Assembly (NCBI RefSeq): GCF_006345805.1 | Contig: NC_043020.1 | Span: forward strand, 11,098,001 to 11,162,000 | Length of the DNA: 64,000 nt | Direction: 5' to 3' | Source of the DNA: Octopus sinensis | Lineage: Eukaryota | Part shown: positions 49,878 to 63,510 of the stretch, one piece after another | How the letters are laid out: the number at the start of each line of letters is the position of its first letter | Position numbering within the stretch: the stretch's first letter is position 1 | Program-made: the position numbers and the translations under genes | Notes under the pieces: model-generated | The model's input: the letters and a program-made list of their open reading frames with translations, nothing else | Told to the model about the DNA's origin: nothing | Database searches by the model: none

Positions 49878-50890
49878 GAAGGCGGCAAGCTGGCAGAAAC
49901 GTTAGCACGCCGGGCAAAGTGCTTAACGGTATTTCGTCTGCTGTTATGTTCTGAGTTCAAATTCCACCAAGGTCGACTTTGCCTTTCATCCTTTCGGGGT
50001 CGATAAATTAAGTACCAGTTACGCACTGGGGTCGATGTAATCAACTTCATCCCTTTGTCTGTCCTTGTTTGTCCCCTCTATGTTTAGCCCCTTCTGGGCA
50101 ATAAAAAAATAAGAAACATTAGCACGCCGGGCGAAATGCTTAGCAGTATTTCGTCTGCCTCTACATTCCGAGTTCAAATTCCGCCGAGATCGACTTTGCC
50201 TTTCATCCTTTCGGGGTCGATAAATTAAGTACCAGTTACTCACTGGGGTCGATGTAATGAACTTCATCCCTTTGCTTGTCCTTGTTTGTCCCCGCTATGT
50301 TTAGCCCCTTGTGGGTAGTAAAGAAATAGGTATTTCTTCTATCTTTATGTTCTGAGTTCAAATTCCACCGAGGTTGACTTTGCCTTTCATCCTTTCGGGG
50401 TCGATAAATTAAGTACCAGTTACGCACTGGGGTCGATGTAATCAACTTCATCCCTTTGTCTGTCCTTGTTTGTCCCCTCTATGTTTAGCCCCTTGTGGGC
50501 AATAAAGAGATAAGAAACATTACCATGTCAGGCGAAATGCTTAGCGGTATTTCGTCTGTCTTTACATTCTGGTTCAAATTCCTCCCGAGGTCGACTTTGC
50601 CTTTCACCCTTTCGGGGTCGATAAATTAAGTACCAGTTACGCACTGAGGTCGATATAATTGACTTAATCTGTTTGTCTGTCCTTATTTGTTCCCTCTGTG
50701 TTTAGCCCCTTGTGGGTAGTAAAGAAATAGGTATTTCGTCTGTCTTTATGTTCTGAGTTCAAATTCCACCCGAGGTTGACTTTGCCTTTCACCCTTTCAG
50801 GGTTGATAAATTAAGTACCAGTTGCAAACTTGGGGGTCGATCTAATCGACTGGACCCCTCTCCAAAAATTTCAGGCCTTGTGCCTAGAGT
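49878..50890 (+). repeat. Head-to-tail array of ~5 SINE-B units
   Basis: The GAGTTCAAATTCC...GGGGTCGATAAATTAAGTACCAG...GCCCCTTGTGGG unit repeats about every 185-235 bp. Confidence 0.9.
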
Positions 50891-51653
50891 AGAAAAGAAT
50901 ATTAGTAATTGTAATGATGGTTAGTGGTATTGGTGGTGGTGGTGGTGGTGGTGGTGGTGGTGGTGGTGGTGGTGGAAGTGGCGGCAGTGGTGGTGGTAGC
51001 CACTGTGGCTGTGGTGGATGGAGGCATCCACCTGCCCACACTTCTGTGTGTTTAATCGTTTTGGATTTAAACCGGCCACATCCGGCCAAAAGTATTCAGC
51101 CTGTTTTATGTTCAAACTGGCCAGATCTAGTCTCTCACACCAACCCTACAATATCGTTTGAAAAATGAACAGCTACCTCATCAAAATCTCATAGCTACAA
51201 GATAATGCCTGATTAGTTCAAAACAATGTGGATAAAAAAGGATTAATTTTGGCAGAATAATGTGAACACTAAAGGGTTAATCATTTTGGATTTTAGCTGA
51301 TAATTTGCTGAAGAGGGAAAGACAGACAGTCAAACAGACAGCACAGAATCTGTGTCAGGTGCCCTATAAACTCAATCAAGTTTTCAAATATAGGCCGTGT
51401 TTGAGTGTTGCCTTATTACGAGAGAATGGTTAGGCGAATACGGCTGTTGGACTGGAACACACTATGCTAGTCTCTCTTTCTCTCTCTCTCTCTCTCTTGC
51501 AATAAAAGAAGGATGTCTACCAGAAAATTCTCTCTCTTTGTGTCTCTCACCCTTTCTCTCTCTCCCTTTCTCTCTCACTCTCTGTCTCTCTATGTGTGTG
51601 TACGTGTACGTGCTGAACTAAGTATCTCCCTCTCTTTCTTTCTCCTCTCTCCA

Positions 51654-51659
<6 letters not shown>

Positions 51660-51695
<36 letters not shown>

Positions 51696-51905
51696 GAAAT
51701 AAGTGTGTGTGTGTGTGTTGAAATAAGTGTGTGTGTGTGTGTTGAAATAAGTGTGTGTGTGTGTGTGTGCTAAAATAAGTGTGTGTGTGCTGAAATACGT
51801 GTGTGTGTGCTAAAATAAGTGTGTGTGTGTGTGCGCTGAAATAAGTGTGTGTGTGTGTGTGTGTGTGTGCTGAAATAAGTGTGTGTGTGTGTGTGTGTAT
51901 GCTGA
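51660..51905. repeat. (GT)n minisatellite punctuated by GAAATAAGT
   Basis: About 8 units of (GT)n-ct/ttgaaataa. Confidence 0.9.
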
Positions 51906-52174
51906 AATGATATGATATAACCTGTTGTCTAATGAATGAGACCAGTAAAAAAAAAATGCATTTATATCAGGGGTGGACCCAAACCTTAGGGGTATGTGCC
52001 CTCCCCAAGAGAAGCAGTATGCCCTTCTAAATAATGTTATGCCCTTTTCTACTGACGTTGCGCCCTCCCTTCAAAAAATTCCTGGGACCATGCCTGTATA
52101 TAAGGATAGGTGGTTGTATGCATGTGTGTAGTTATATGTATGTAAATAGTTAGGTATGGACATATATGTGTGTG

Positions 52175-52210
<36 letters not shown>

Positions 52211-54159
52211 CACAAAAACACACATGTATATATGTGTGTATGTTTCTATGTAAAAAAGTCTTTAACGTTTTGAGCCTATGCTTTTCACAGAAAGAAACAA
52301 GGAGAGAAAATAAAGAAGAATATATACACACACATTAACAATATATGTACATTATGTACATGTATATATGTATATATATATAGTGGAGGCGCAATGGCCC
52401 AGGGGTTAGGGTAGCGGACTCGCGCATCGTGAGTATTTGGTTATTGAACGAAAACACCTAAAGCTTCACGAGGCTCCGGCAGGGGGTGGTGGTGAACCCT
52501 GCTGTACTCTTTCACCACAAATTTCTCTCACTCTTTCTTCCTGTTTCTGTTGTACTTGTATTTCAAAGGGCCAGCCTTGTCACACTCTGTGTCACGCTGA
52601 ATCTCCCCGAGAACTACGTTAAGGGTACACGTGTCTGTGGAGTGCTCAGTCACTTGCACGTTAATAAAGGAGCTGCGACGTCACTAGTGTCAAGCTGTAT
52701 CAGCCCCTTTGCCTTTCCCTTGGATAACATCGGTGACATGGAGAGGGGAGGCTGGTATGCATGGGCGACTGCTGGTCTTCCATAAACAACCTTGCCCAGT
52801 CTTGTGCCTCGGAGGGTAACTTTCTAGGTGCAATCCCATGGTCATTCATGACCGAAGGGGGTCACAAAATACATACATATATATATATGTATGTTTAAAT
52901 TGTTAACCAATTGACTATTAATAATCATCTGTATTAAAGGAACATGGCCTGAAATTTTGGGGGCAGGAGCTAGTTGATTACATCAACCCCAGTCTTCAAC
53001 TGATATATATTTTATCAACATAGGCGTAGAAGTGGCTGTGTGGTAAGTAGCTTGCTTACCAACCACATGGTTCCACGTTCAGTCCCATTGTGTGGCACCT
53101 TGGGCAAGTGTCTTCTACTATAGCCTCGGGCCGACCAAAGCCTTGTGAGTGGATTTGGTAGACGGAAACTGAAAGAAGCCTGTCGTATATATGTATATAT
53201 ATATATATGTATGTGTGTATACGTTTGTGTGTCTGTGGTTGTCCCCCCCCCAACATTGCTTGACAACGGAAACTGAGAGAAGCCTGTCGTATATATATAT
53301 ATATATGTATGTATGTAGTATGTATGTATGTATGTATGTATGTATGTGTGTGTATATGGTTGTGTGTCTGTGTATGTCCCCTCAACATCGCTTGTGTGTT
53401 CACATCCCCCGTAACTTAGTGGTTCGGCAAAAGAGACTGATAGAATAAGTACTAGGCTTACAAAGAATAAGTCCTGGGGTCGATTTGCTTGACTAAAGGC
53501 GGTGCTCCAGCATGGCCACAGCCACATGACTGAAACAAGTAAAAGAGTAAAAGAGACCCTGAAAAATGAAAGGCAAACTCATTCTCTGTGAAGAAATGCC
53601 TCAAAGCATTTTTTCTGGTGTGGTAAAGATTCTGCAAGTTCGTCGCCTTCAGTTGGCTATTTATAATAAAAGAAGTGAAATAGGACCAGTGTGTGTGTTT
53701 ATTATTTATTATTGGCATAACGACCCATCCATCGAGATACACTAAAGTAAAACTATTCTACCACCTGCAAAATGTTCAAAGACAGGATATAACTCCAAAA
53801 AAGGAAGAAACAAAGCAAAAATAATCCCTATTTAATGATGGCACATACTAAATAAACAAATGAAACTTTCCTCCACCCAGCACACCCTGTATCCAACCTT
53901 ATACATCCTTTGTTTGTTGTTGGCAATTTATTTGTCCAGTGGCCTTGATGCTGGTGAATTATTTGTCCAGTGACCTCATTTTGGACCTTCCTTTGTCTAG
54001 TGACCTATTTTGGGATATTTTTTTTTTTTACCTGTTAGGTTTTGTGTTTCTTCTGGAGATTAAGTGTGGCCCCTCCACCTACTCAGGTCTTGTTTTATTC
54101 TACCCCCTGTACACTGCGTGGGTTTGGGGTTGTTTGTATATATGTTGTATATAATATTT

Positions 54160-55400
54160 GTGTGTGTGTGTTTGTGTGGTTGCATGTGTGTGTGTGTGCG
54201 TGTGTGTCTGTGGTTGTATGTTATGTAGTTGCCTGGTTGAGTGTGTACACAATTGGCTGTGTGTATTTGTATGTATGTATGTGTGTGCTTGTGTGTGTAT
54301 GTATGTATGTCTGTGTGTGTGTATGTGTGTGTGTGAATGTATGTATGTGTATGTATGTATGTATGTGTGTGCGTGTGTGTGTATGTATGTGTGTGTATGT
54401 ATGTATGTCTGTGTGTGTATGTATATGTGCGTATGTATGTATGTATGTATGTGTGTATGTATGTATGTATGTATGTATGTATGCGTGTGTGTGTATGTGT
54501 GTGTATGTATGTGTGAGTGTGTGTGTGTATGTGTGTATGTATGTCTGTGTATGTGTGTATGTATGTATGTATGTATGTGTGTATGTATGTATGTATATCT
54601 GTGTATGTGTGTGAGGATGATGGGGAAATCTGTACATTGTATTTATGTGTATACATATGTATGTATATTTGTGTGTGTGTGAGTGTGTGTGTGTGTTTGT
54701 ACAATGAGAACTACCTCAGCATTACATCTGTTTGTACATATGTTTGCGATAAGAAAATTCATTAAGTTTTGTGTGTGTGTGTGTGGTGTGTGTGTCTGTG
54801 GTTGTATGTTATGTAGTTGCCTGGTTGAGTGTGTACACAATTGGCTGTGTGTATTTGTATGTATGTATGTGTGTGCTTGTGTGTGTTGTATGTATGTCTG
54901 TGTGTGTGTATGTGTGTGTGTGAATGTATGTATGTGTATGTATGTATGTATGTATGTGTGTGCGTGCGTGTGTGTGTATGCATGTGTGTGTATGTATGTA
55001 TGTGTGTGTATGTATATGTGCGTATGTATGTATGTATGTGTGTGTGTATGTATGTATGTATGTATGTATGTATGTATGTATGCGTGTGTGTGTATGTGTG
55101 TGTATGTATGTGTGAGTGTGTGTGTGTATGTGTGTATGTATGTCTGTGTATGTGTGTATGTATGTATGTATGTATGTGTGTATGTATGTATGTATATCTG
55201 TGTATGTGTGTGAGGATGATGGGGAAATCTGTACATTGTATTTATGTGTATACATATGTATGTATATTTGTGTGTGTGTGAGTGTGTGTGTGTGTTTGTA
55301 CAATGAGAACTACCTCAGCATTACATCTGTTTGTACATATGTTTGCGATAAGAAAATTCATTAAGTTTTGTGTGTGTGTGTGTGGTGTGTATTTTATAGG
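54160..55400. repeat. (TATG)/(TG) satellite, duplicated in tandem with a ~599-bp period
   Basis: The unique marker gaggatgatggggaaatctgtac occurs at 54613 and 55212. Confidence 0.92.
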
Positions 55401-58189
55401 AACATTGTCCATATATTTTGTGTTCTTGATTATGTTGTTTGTTTGTTTGTGTGCGTGTATGTGTGTGTAACAGGAAACATTATCAATTGTATGTGCATGC
55501 GTATGTGTATGTGTATGTGTAAGCTTATCTATTTAAATGTATAGAGAATACCTGTCACTGTAATATGCAAATAGAAAATACAAATACCCATTAAAGACTC
55601 TTGTTTTGTCAACATAGTGTAACCACACACCAACACCACTATCCTTGCCTCCCCCACCATTCTCAAAAAAGATTTGTTCTTTCATTAAACAAGATAATGT
55701 ACCCTGAGGTCCTTGAAATTAAGGCTGACACTTTGGAATATATATCTTCATTATCATCATCATCATCATCATTTAGCGTCCAGCTTTCCATGCTGGCATG
55801 GGTCGGACGGTTCGACTGGGGGGGGTCTGGGAAGCCAGAAGGCTGCACCAGGCTCCAGTTTGATCTAGCAATGTTTCTACGGCTGGATGCCCTTCCCAAC
55901 GCCAACCACTCCATGAGTGTAGTGGGTGCTTTTTACGTGCCTCTGGCACAGGTGCTAGGCGAGGCTGGCAACGGCCACGATCGGTTGGTGCTTTTTACGT
56001 GCCACTGGCACGGAGGCCAGTCAGGGCAGCGCTGGCAACGGCCACATTCGGATGGTTCTTCTGGAATATATATCTTCATTATCATCATCATCATCATTTA
56101 GCGTCCAGCTTTCCATGCTGGCATGGGTCGGACGGTTCGACTGGGGGGTCTGGGAAGCCAGAAGGCTGCACCAGGCTCCAGTTTGATCTAGCAATGTTTC
56201 TACGGCTGGATGCCCTTCCCAACGCCAACCACTCCGTGAGTGTAGTGGGTGCTTTTTACGTGCCACCTGCACAGGTGCCAGACGGGGCTGGCAAACGGCC
56301 ACGATCAGACAGTGCTTTTTACGTGCCACCGTCACGGGGGATCAGACGAGGCTGGCAAACGGCCACGATCGGATGATGCTTTTTACGTGCCACCATCACG
56401 GGGGTCAGACGAGGCTGGAAATGGCCACAATTGGATTTCTCAAAAAAGATTTGTTCTTTCATTAAACAAGATAATGTACTCTGAGGTCCTTGAAATTAAA
56501 GCTGACACTTTGGAATATATATCTTCATCATCATCATCATCATTTATTAACGTCAGTTTTCGATTCTGATTTGAGGGTTGGGTTGTTTGATAGGATATGA
56601 TAAGCCACACAGCTGTGTTGAGCTTCAATGTATGACCGTATGCCCTTCCTATCACCAATCACTTTACGGTATGTACTGGGCTAAGTGCTTTTTATGTAGC
56701 ACCGGCACTAGTGGGGTTGCCAGATAATTTGCAAGACCGGAAAGGAAAAGAATGAGCAACGTGGGAGAAAAAGGAAAATCCCTCTCAAGTAATTGGTAGT
56801 AGTAGGAGTATTCGAGGGGTGGGGGAAGAGGTGTTTTTTTTACATCAGAGACAAGCAGAAGTGCTATAGAGAAAATATATAGTTATGGCTACCCTTCATT
56901 AAATATAAGAATGGCAGGAGTTACTGAGAAAAAGAATATATAGGCGCAGGAGTGGATGTGTGGTAAGTAGCTTGCTTACTAACCACATGGTTCCGGGTTC
57001 AGTCCAACTGCGTGGCATCTTGGGCAAGTGTCTTCTGCTATAGCCCCGGGCCGACCAATGCCTTGTGAGTGGATTTGGTAGACGGAAACTGAAAGAAGCC
57101 TGTCGTATATATGTATATATATATACATATATATATATGTATGTGTGTGTATATGTTTGTGTGTCTGTGTTTGTCCCCTAGCATTGCTTGACAACTGATG
57201 CTGGTGTGTTTATGTCCCCGTCACTTAGCGGTTCAGCAAAAGAGACCGATAGAATAAGTACTGGGCTTACAAAGAATAAGTCCCGACTAAAGGTGGTGCT
57301 CCAGCATGGCCGCAGTCAAATGACTGAAACAAGTAAAAGAGTATACATATATGTGTATGTATATATGTATGTATATATATATATACATATGTATATGAAT
57401 TAATGTTTGTCATCACTTCAACATGGCTGTTCTGCACAAACCAGAGTTACTACTCTTTTTGACCCCAAGAGGAAGCCTCCTCTAGCTAGTCATCAAGACA
57501 ATCTGCACCCAACATATATTGCAAGCAGGGGAGTGAACCCCTACCATCTTCTAGTGACTCAGCAAGACCAGCAGACTGTCTGGTTTCAGGCTATTTTTGC
57601 CCATCCTCAGTGCTTGATACCTGTCTGCTAGAGATAGCAGTAGTTTGCTCCAGCTAACAGTATATAGAAAAATGAAAGGGAATAAAGAAAGTTTTACAAA
57701 AAGACCATTATATTTCAGGCACAAGGGTCTATCTTTTGATACAATATATAGAGAAAGTTCCTATTACACACACAAATAAATATATACAAGCACAGAATAT
57801 ATGGACTGTTTCCTTTTTGAGGATGGATCTTTGTGCCTGAGTTTTTCGTAAAACTGCCTGCATTGTTAAAATCTTGCTTTATTTCTCTTTCCTTTCATTT
57901 TCTACTTCTGGACTACAATGCTTCAACCACTTCAATGCTCATTTGTCCGGATGTTTTGTGTTCTTATCATTGGCGATTTTTTTTTTCCTCTGTCTTCCCT
58001 TCTTCAGATCTTTCCTTTTCCTATGTTTCTGACAAAGAGCTCCACTCGAAACGTTAAATCCTCCTTCTTTCTTTCCTTTCCTGAGCATCCAATAACACTA
58101 TACTTGTTCCATGTCCTCGCGTTGTTGTGTTTTCTCTTTGTGTATTCATGTTTGGATTAACTATATATATATATATATATTATATATAT

Positions 58190-58261
<72 letters not shown>

Positions 58262-58264
<3 letters not shown>

Positions 58265-58400
58265 CTTATATATAAATGGCAATTCTGTCTGTCTGTTACC
58301 ATCTTACTGCCTAAACCAGCAAACCAATCTTCATGAAAGTTTGCATAGATGTTAAACTAACATCCAGTTCAATTATATATAGGCTAAGTGTATTTCAATA
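58262..58400 (+). mobile_element. Probable 5' end of a second Helitron family
   Basis: A|TCTTATATATAAATGGCAATTCTGTCTGTCTG after (TA)n; a 3' CTAG end was not identified. Confidence 0.4.
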
Positions 58401-60577
58401 AAAATTTCTAATGGGTTCCCCATAGGAGTTGGGCTATTATATGATAAAATGAGAGGGGTTCAAAAGTGTTAGGTTGAGGGAAATGTGGTGGTATAATGAG
58501 GGTCGCTGATATCAGGGAAAGGGAGGAGACAATAAGAGACAGAGAGACAGGGAATGTGAGAGACAGAGAGAGACAATGACAGAGTGGGAGAGAGAGAGAA
58601 TATGTCTACTGAATTTTCGCCTATCAGTTAACACATATGCTTTAGTGAGTTAACTATTATATGCTCTGTCAAAACTTTTAGAATATCTCCAACAACAGAT
58701 GTAAAACTAAGAAGTGAAAGGTACAGTGTTTTCATATTTGTTTTCAAATCACCATATTAAGATTTATTGAGACTTTACCAACATACTGAAACAAGAAAAC
58801 TATAGATAACATATATATATATATCTCATACTCTCTTTTACTCTTTTACTTGTTTCAGTCATTTGACTGCGACCATGCTAGAGCACCGCCTTTAGTCGAG
58901 CAAATCGACCCCGGGACTTATTCTTTGTAAGCCCAGTACTTATTCTATCGGTCTCTTTTTTGCCAAACCGCTAAGTGACGGGACGTAAACACACCAGCAT
59001 CGGTTGTCAAGCAATGCTAGGGGGACAAACACAGACACACAAACACACACATACATATACATATATACGACAGGCTTCTTTCAGTTTCCGTCTACCAAAT
59101 CCACTCACCAGGCATTGGTCGGCCCAGGGCTATAGCAGAAGACACTTGCCCAAGATGCCACGCAGTGGGACTGAACCCGGAACCATGTGGTTGGTTAGCA
59201 AGCTACTTACCACACAGCCACTCCATATATATTTATAATTATAAATGAAATATTCTGCTCCAGATAAGGTAGTGAGAGTGGACAGAAATGGATCAGTTCA
59301 TCTTTGGTAATGTGTGTGTGTGTATTGATTTTGCATTTGTTTTGAAAGATTCCTTAAGTGAAAACTTGTGTAGGGACAGATGTGCTATCTTGGTTGTGGG
59401 AAGAAGTCATTACACTAAGATGCAATACATGTACACACGCACAACTACATATGTTATGTAATGTATGTATGTAGGTAGATAGGTAGGTAGGAATGAAGAA
59501 TAAATGAGTTTAAGCTTAGCACGGCCAGCCATCACCCACAAATGGATATGATTTAGTGGCATGTACCATGCTTTCACAGATTGCTTTAGACGTCTGCATA
59601 GTCTCAAGCAGGTATAGACTTTATCTTGATTCACCTAAGCATCTGTTAAAATTAAACAGTAACTCTACTACATGTGCCAGTTTTAGGGTTCCCTGGTTTC
59701 TAAGCATTTTTAGGATAGTATAGACCCCCAACATGCATAGAGCCACAAGTGTCTTCTACTATAGCCTCGGGCCGACCAAAGCCTTGTGAGTGGATTTGGT
59801 AGACAGAAACTGAAAGAAGCCTGTCGTATATATATATATGCGTTTGTGTGTCTGTGTTTGTCCCCTAGCATTGCTTGACAACCGATGCTGGTGTGTTTAC
59901 GTCCCCGTCACTTAGCGGTTCGGCAAAAGAGACTGATAGAATAAGTACTGGGCTTACAAAAGAATAAGTCCCGGGGTCGAGTTGCTCGATTAAAGGCGGT
60001 GCTCCAGCATGGCCGCAGTCAAATGACTGAAACAAGTAAAAGAGAAAAGAGAAAAGAGATATGTGTGTGTGTGGAGGCACGTGGCTTAGTGGTTAGGGTG
60101 TCAGCACCATGATCGTAAGATTGTGGTTTCGATTCCTGGACCGGGTGACGCGTTGTGTTCTTGAGCAAAACACTTCATTTCACGTTACTCCAGTCCACTC
60201 AGCTGGCAAAAATGAGTAACGCTGCGATGGACTGGCATCCCGTCCAGCTGGGGAATACATACGCCATTGAAACCCAGAAACCGGGCCCATGAGCCTGGCT
60301 AGGCTTTAAAAGTGTGCATTTATTTATTTTTATTATATATATATATATATATATTTTAAATTAGAGATAAAACCACTATTGGGCAGTGAAAAACAGTGAA
60401 AAACATAAATCAAAACATAGAAATAAATTAATTATATAATATACAAAATATATAAAATTTTATATATTTTATATATTTTATTTTATATATTTTGTATATT
60501 ATATTAATTAATTTATTTCTATGTTTTGGTTTATGTTTTTCACTGTTTGATTTGCCTAATAGTGGTTTTATCTCTAA

Positions 60578-61093
60578 TCTCTATATATAAAACTGTAGTT
60601 GTGTGAGTGTCTGTCTCCTACGATTTAGATTCCTAACTCCTCCCACATTTTGCGGTGCAGTTTAACCAAATTCGGGTATCTTATAGTCGTGATTAATATC
60701 GAGCCCGTCTGGCTATTAGCGTGCGTCTGCGATGAGTCTACGATTTTAAAAATAATTAACATAATTTTTTATTCCATTTTAATGCATAATTTTTCGTGTG
60801 TCGATGGCGGCGGAGTTGGCGTCCACGCTCAAACACCTGCACCACCGTTTTGCTTCTCCCCCTTCTTCCCTCCCTCGTGAAGCTGTGGGGAAGGGAGTGT
60901 AAGGAAATCAACGTCGTAATGCGTTGTCAAGGAGACCAGCGTTCTTTTAGAACAACGACTTCATGGCTTGAAGACACCAAACAGAAATGGCTAAGAAAGC
61001 CCGAATTGGCATCTATAAGGGAAGTAACTCTCTAAAAATGCTTATATAGTTATTTCCCTTACAAACCCGAGCAACGCTGGGCGATACTGCTAG
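60578..61093 (+). mobile_element. Non-autonomous Helitron
   Basis: A|TC 5' end, subterminal hairpin CCCGAGCAACGCTGGG, CTAG|T 3' end, no TSD. Confidence 0.85.
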
Positions 61094-61179
61094 TTAATAT
61101 ATAATATATATATTTATACTGTAAAATTAGATTTTATCCTAATCTAATTTTTCCCTGTAAGTTTGGATTTACTCCCTAA

Positions 61180-61241
<62 letters not shown>

Positions 61242-61244
<3 letters not shown>

Positions 61245-61737
61245 TTATATATAAAAGAGAGGTTGTGTGTCTGTCTCCTACGATTTAGATTCCTAACTAC
61301 TCCCACATTTTGCGGTGCAGTGTAACCAAAACCGGGTATCTTATAGTCGTGATTCATATCGAGCCCTTCTGGGTATTAGCGGGCGTCTACGATGAGTCTA
61401 CGATTTAAAAAAATTTACCATCATTTTTTTCCCATTTTAATGCATTTTTTCGCTATTATATAAGGGAAGTAACTCTCTAAAAATGTCTACGATGACTCAA
61501 CGATTAAAAAAAAAATTTACCATAATTTTTTTCCATTTTAATGCATTTTTTTCGCTATTATATAAGGGAAGAGTAACTCTAAAAATGTCTACGATGAGTC
61601 AACGATTTAAAAAACAAAAATTACCATAATTTTTTTCCATTTTATGCATTTTTTTGCTATATTTTGGCTATAACTCTATAAAATGCTTATATAGTTATTC
61701 CCTTACAAACCCGAGCAACGCCGGGCGATACTGCTAG
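61242..61737 (+). mobile_element. Non-autonomous Helitron, variant with internal tandem repeats
   Basis: Same termini (A|TC ... CCCGAGCAACGCCGGG...CTAG|T); the internal part is ~3 copies of a ~85-bp unit. Confidence 0.85.
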
Positions 61738-61753
61738 TATATATATATATATA

Positions 61754-62080
61754 CTAGCAGTATCGCCCGGCGTTGCTCGGGTTTGTAAGGGAAATAACTA
61801 TATAAGCATTTTTAGAGTTACTTCCTTTATAGATGCCAATTCGGGCTTTCTTAGCTATTTCTGTTTTGGTGTCTTCAAGCCATGAAGTCGTTGTTCTAAA
61901 AGAACGCTGGTCTCCTTGACAACGCATTACGACATTGATTTCCTTAAACTCCCTTCTCCACAGCTTCACGAGGGAGGGAAGAAGGGGGAGAAGCAAACAC
62001 AGGTGCAGCTGTGAGCGTGGACGCCAACTCCGCCGCCATCGACATACGATGCATTTTATGCATTAAAATGGAATAAAAAT
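61754..62080 (-). mobile_element. Helitron 3' part, tail-to-tail with the previous copy
   Basis: Reverse complement of ~60780-61093; separated from the 61737 end by (TA)n. Confidence 0.85.
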
Positions 62081-62210
62081 TGATGTTAAATTGATGTTCT
62101 GGGTTCAGTCCCACTGCGTGGCACCATGGGCAAGTGTCTTCTACTATAGCCTCGGGCCAACCAAAGCCTTGTGAGTGGATTTGGGAGACGGAAACTGAAA
62201 GAAGCCCGTC

Positions 62211-62242
<32 letters not shown>

Positions 62243-63304
62243 TTGTGTGTCTGTGTTTGTCCCCCTAGCATTGCTTGACAACCGATGCTGGTGTGTTTAT
62301 GTCCCCGTCACTTAGTGGTTCGGCAAAACAGACCGATAGACTAAGTACTGGGCTTACAAAGAATAAGTGCCGGGGTTGAGTTGCTCAATTAAAGGCGGTG
62401 CTCCAGCATGGCCACAGTCAAATGACTGAAACAAGTAAAAGAGTAAAAGAGTAAAGAGTAGTTGGAACTATAATTCCAAAACTTACAGGGAAAAATTCAA
62501 TTTAACAATTTTAAATAAAATTTCACAATATATAATATATATATATAATATATAATATATATATACAATATATAATATATATATAAAATTTCACAATATA
62601 TAATATATATATATAATTTAGAGAAAAAGCACCCAGTACATTCTTTGGAGTAGCTGGTATCATGAAGGGCATCCAGCTGTAGAAATCATGCTAGACCCTA
62701 CAATGGAACCCGGTAAGGTAATTGTCCTAACCAGGTCCAGTGGAATCGTCCAACCCAACCAAAATGAATGTTGAATGATGATGATTGATACATACATACA
62801 TACATACATACATACATACATACATACATGCATGCATGCATGCATGCATGCATGTATGTATGTATGTATATATAATTTAGAGAAAAACCACTATTAAACA
62901 ATTCAATAAAGAAAGATGTTATTCACACCATATAGAAATCATATACTATAAAAATGTATTCATGCTAGACCCTACAATGGAACCCGGTAAGGTAATTGTC
63001 CTAACCAGGTCCAGTGGAATCGTCCAACCCAACCATGGAAAATGAATGTTGAATGATGATGATTGATACATACATACATACATACATACATACATGCATG
63101 CATGCATGCATGCATGCATGTATGTATGTATGTATATATAATTTAGTTTCTACAGCTGGATGCCCTTCATGATACCAGCTACTCCAAAGAATGTACTGGG
63201 TGCTTTTTGTGTGATGTGTGTGTGTGTGTGTGTTTATATGTATATAGGGAAATAATGTATTCTTTTAAACACCCTCACTTTTCATTATTCAATTTCTGTT
63301 GCAG

Positions 63305-63510
63305 GGGAACCGGAGTTTAAATATGTCGCCAACATGCACGGCAACGAAGTGGTTGGACGAGAGATGCTGCTCCAGCTGGCTGTGTACCTGTGCAAGCAAT
63401 ACAAAGCAGGAAACGAGACTATCCAGTGGCTCGTTGACCATACTCGTATACACCTGATGCCGTCGATGAACCCTGATGGGTGGGAATTGGCCCATAAACA
63501 CCTGAAATCT
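63305..63510 (+). CDS. CPE: M14B carboxypeptidase exon 2 with the HxxE zinc-binding motif
   Basis: Acceptor tttctgttgcag|GG GAA CCG completes Gly with exon 1. Reads [69 protein letters not shown]; donor gtaagt at 63511. Intron 1 is 40,596 bp. Confidence 0.92.

Noticed and set aside
49878-50890. CRISPR-like periodic array
   Set aside because: The units are full SINE bodies with no unique spacers, the genome is eukaryotic, and there are no cas genes.
32272-55470. Many 100-300 aa ORFs rich in YI/VC/HT dipeptides
   Set aside because: All are readings of (CA)n, (TA)n or (CATA)n satellites.
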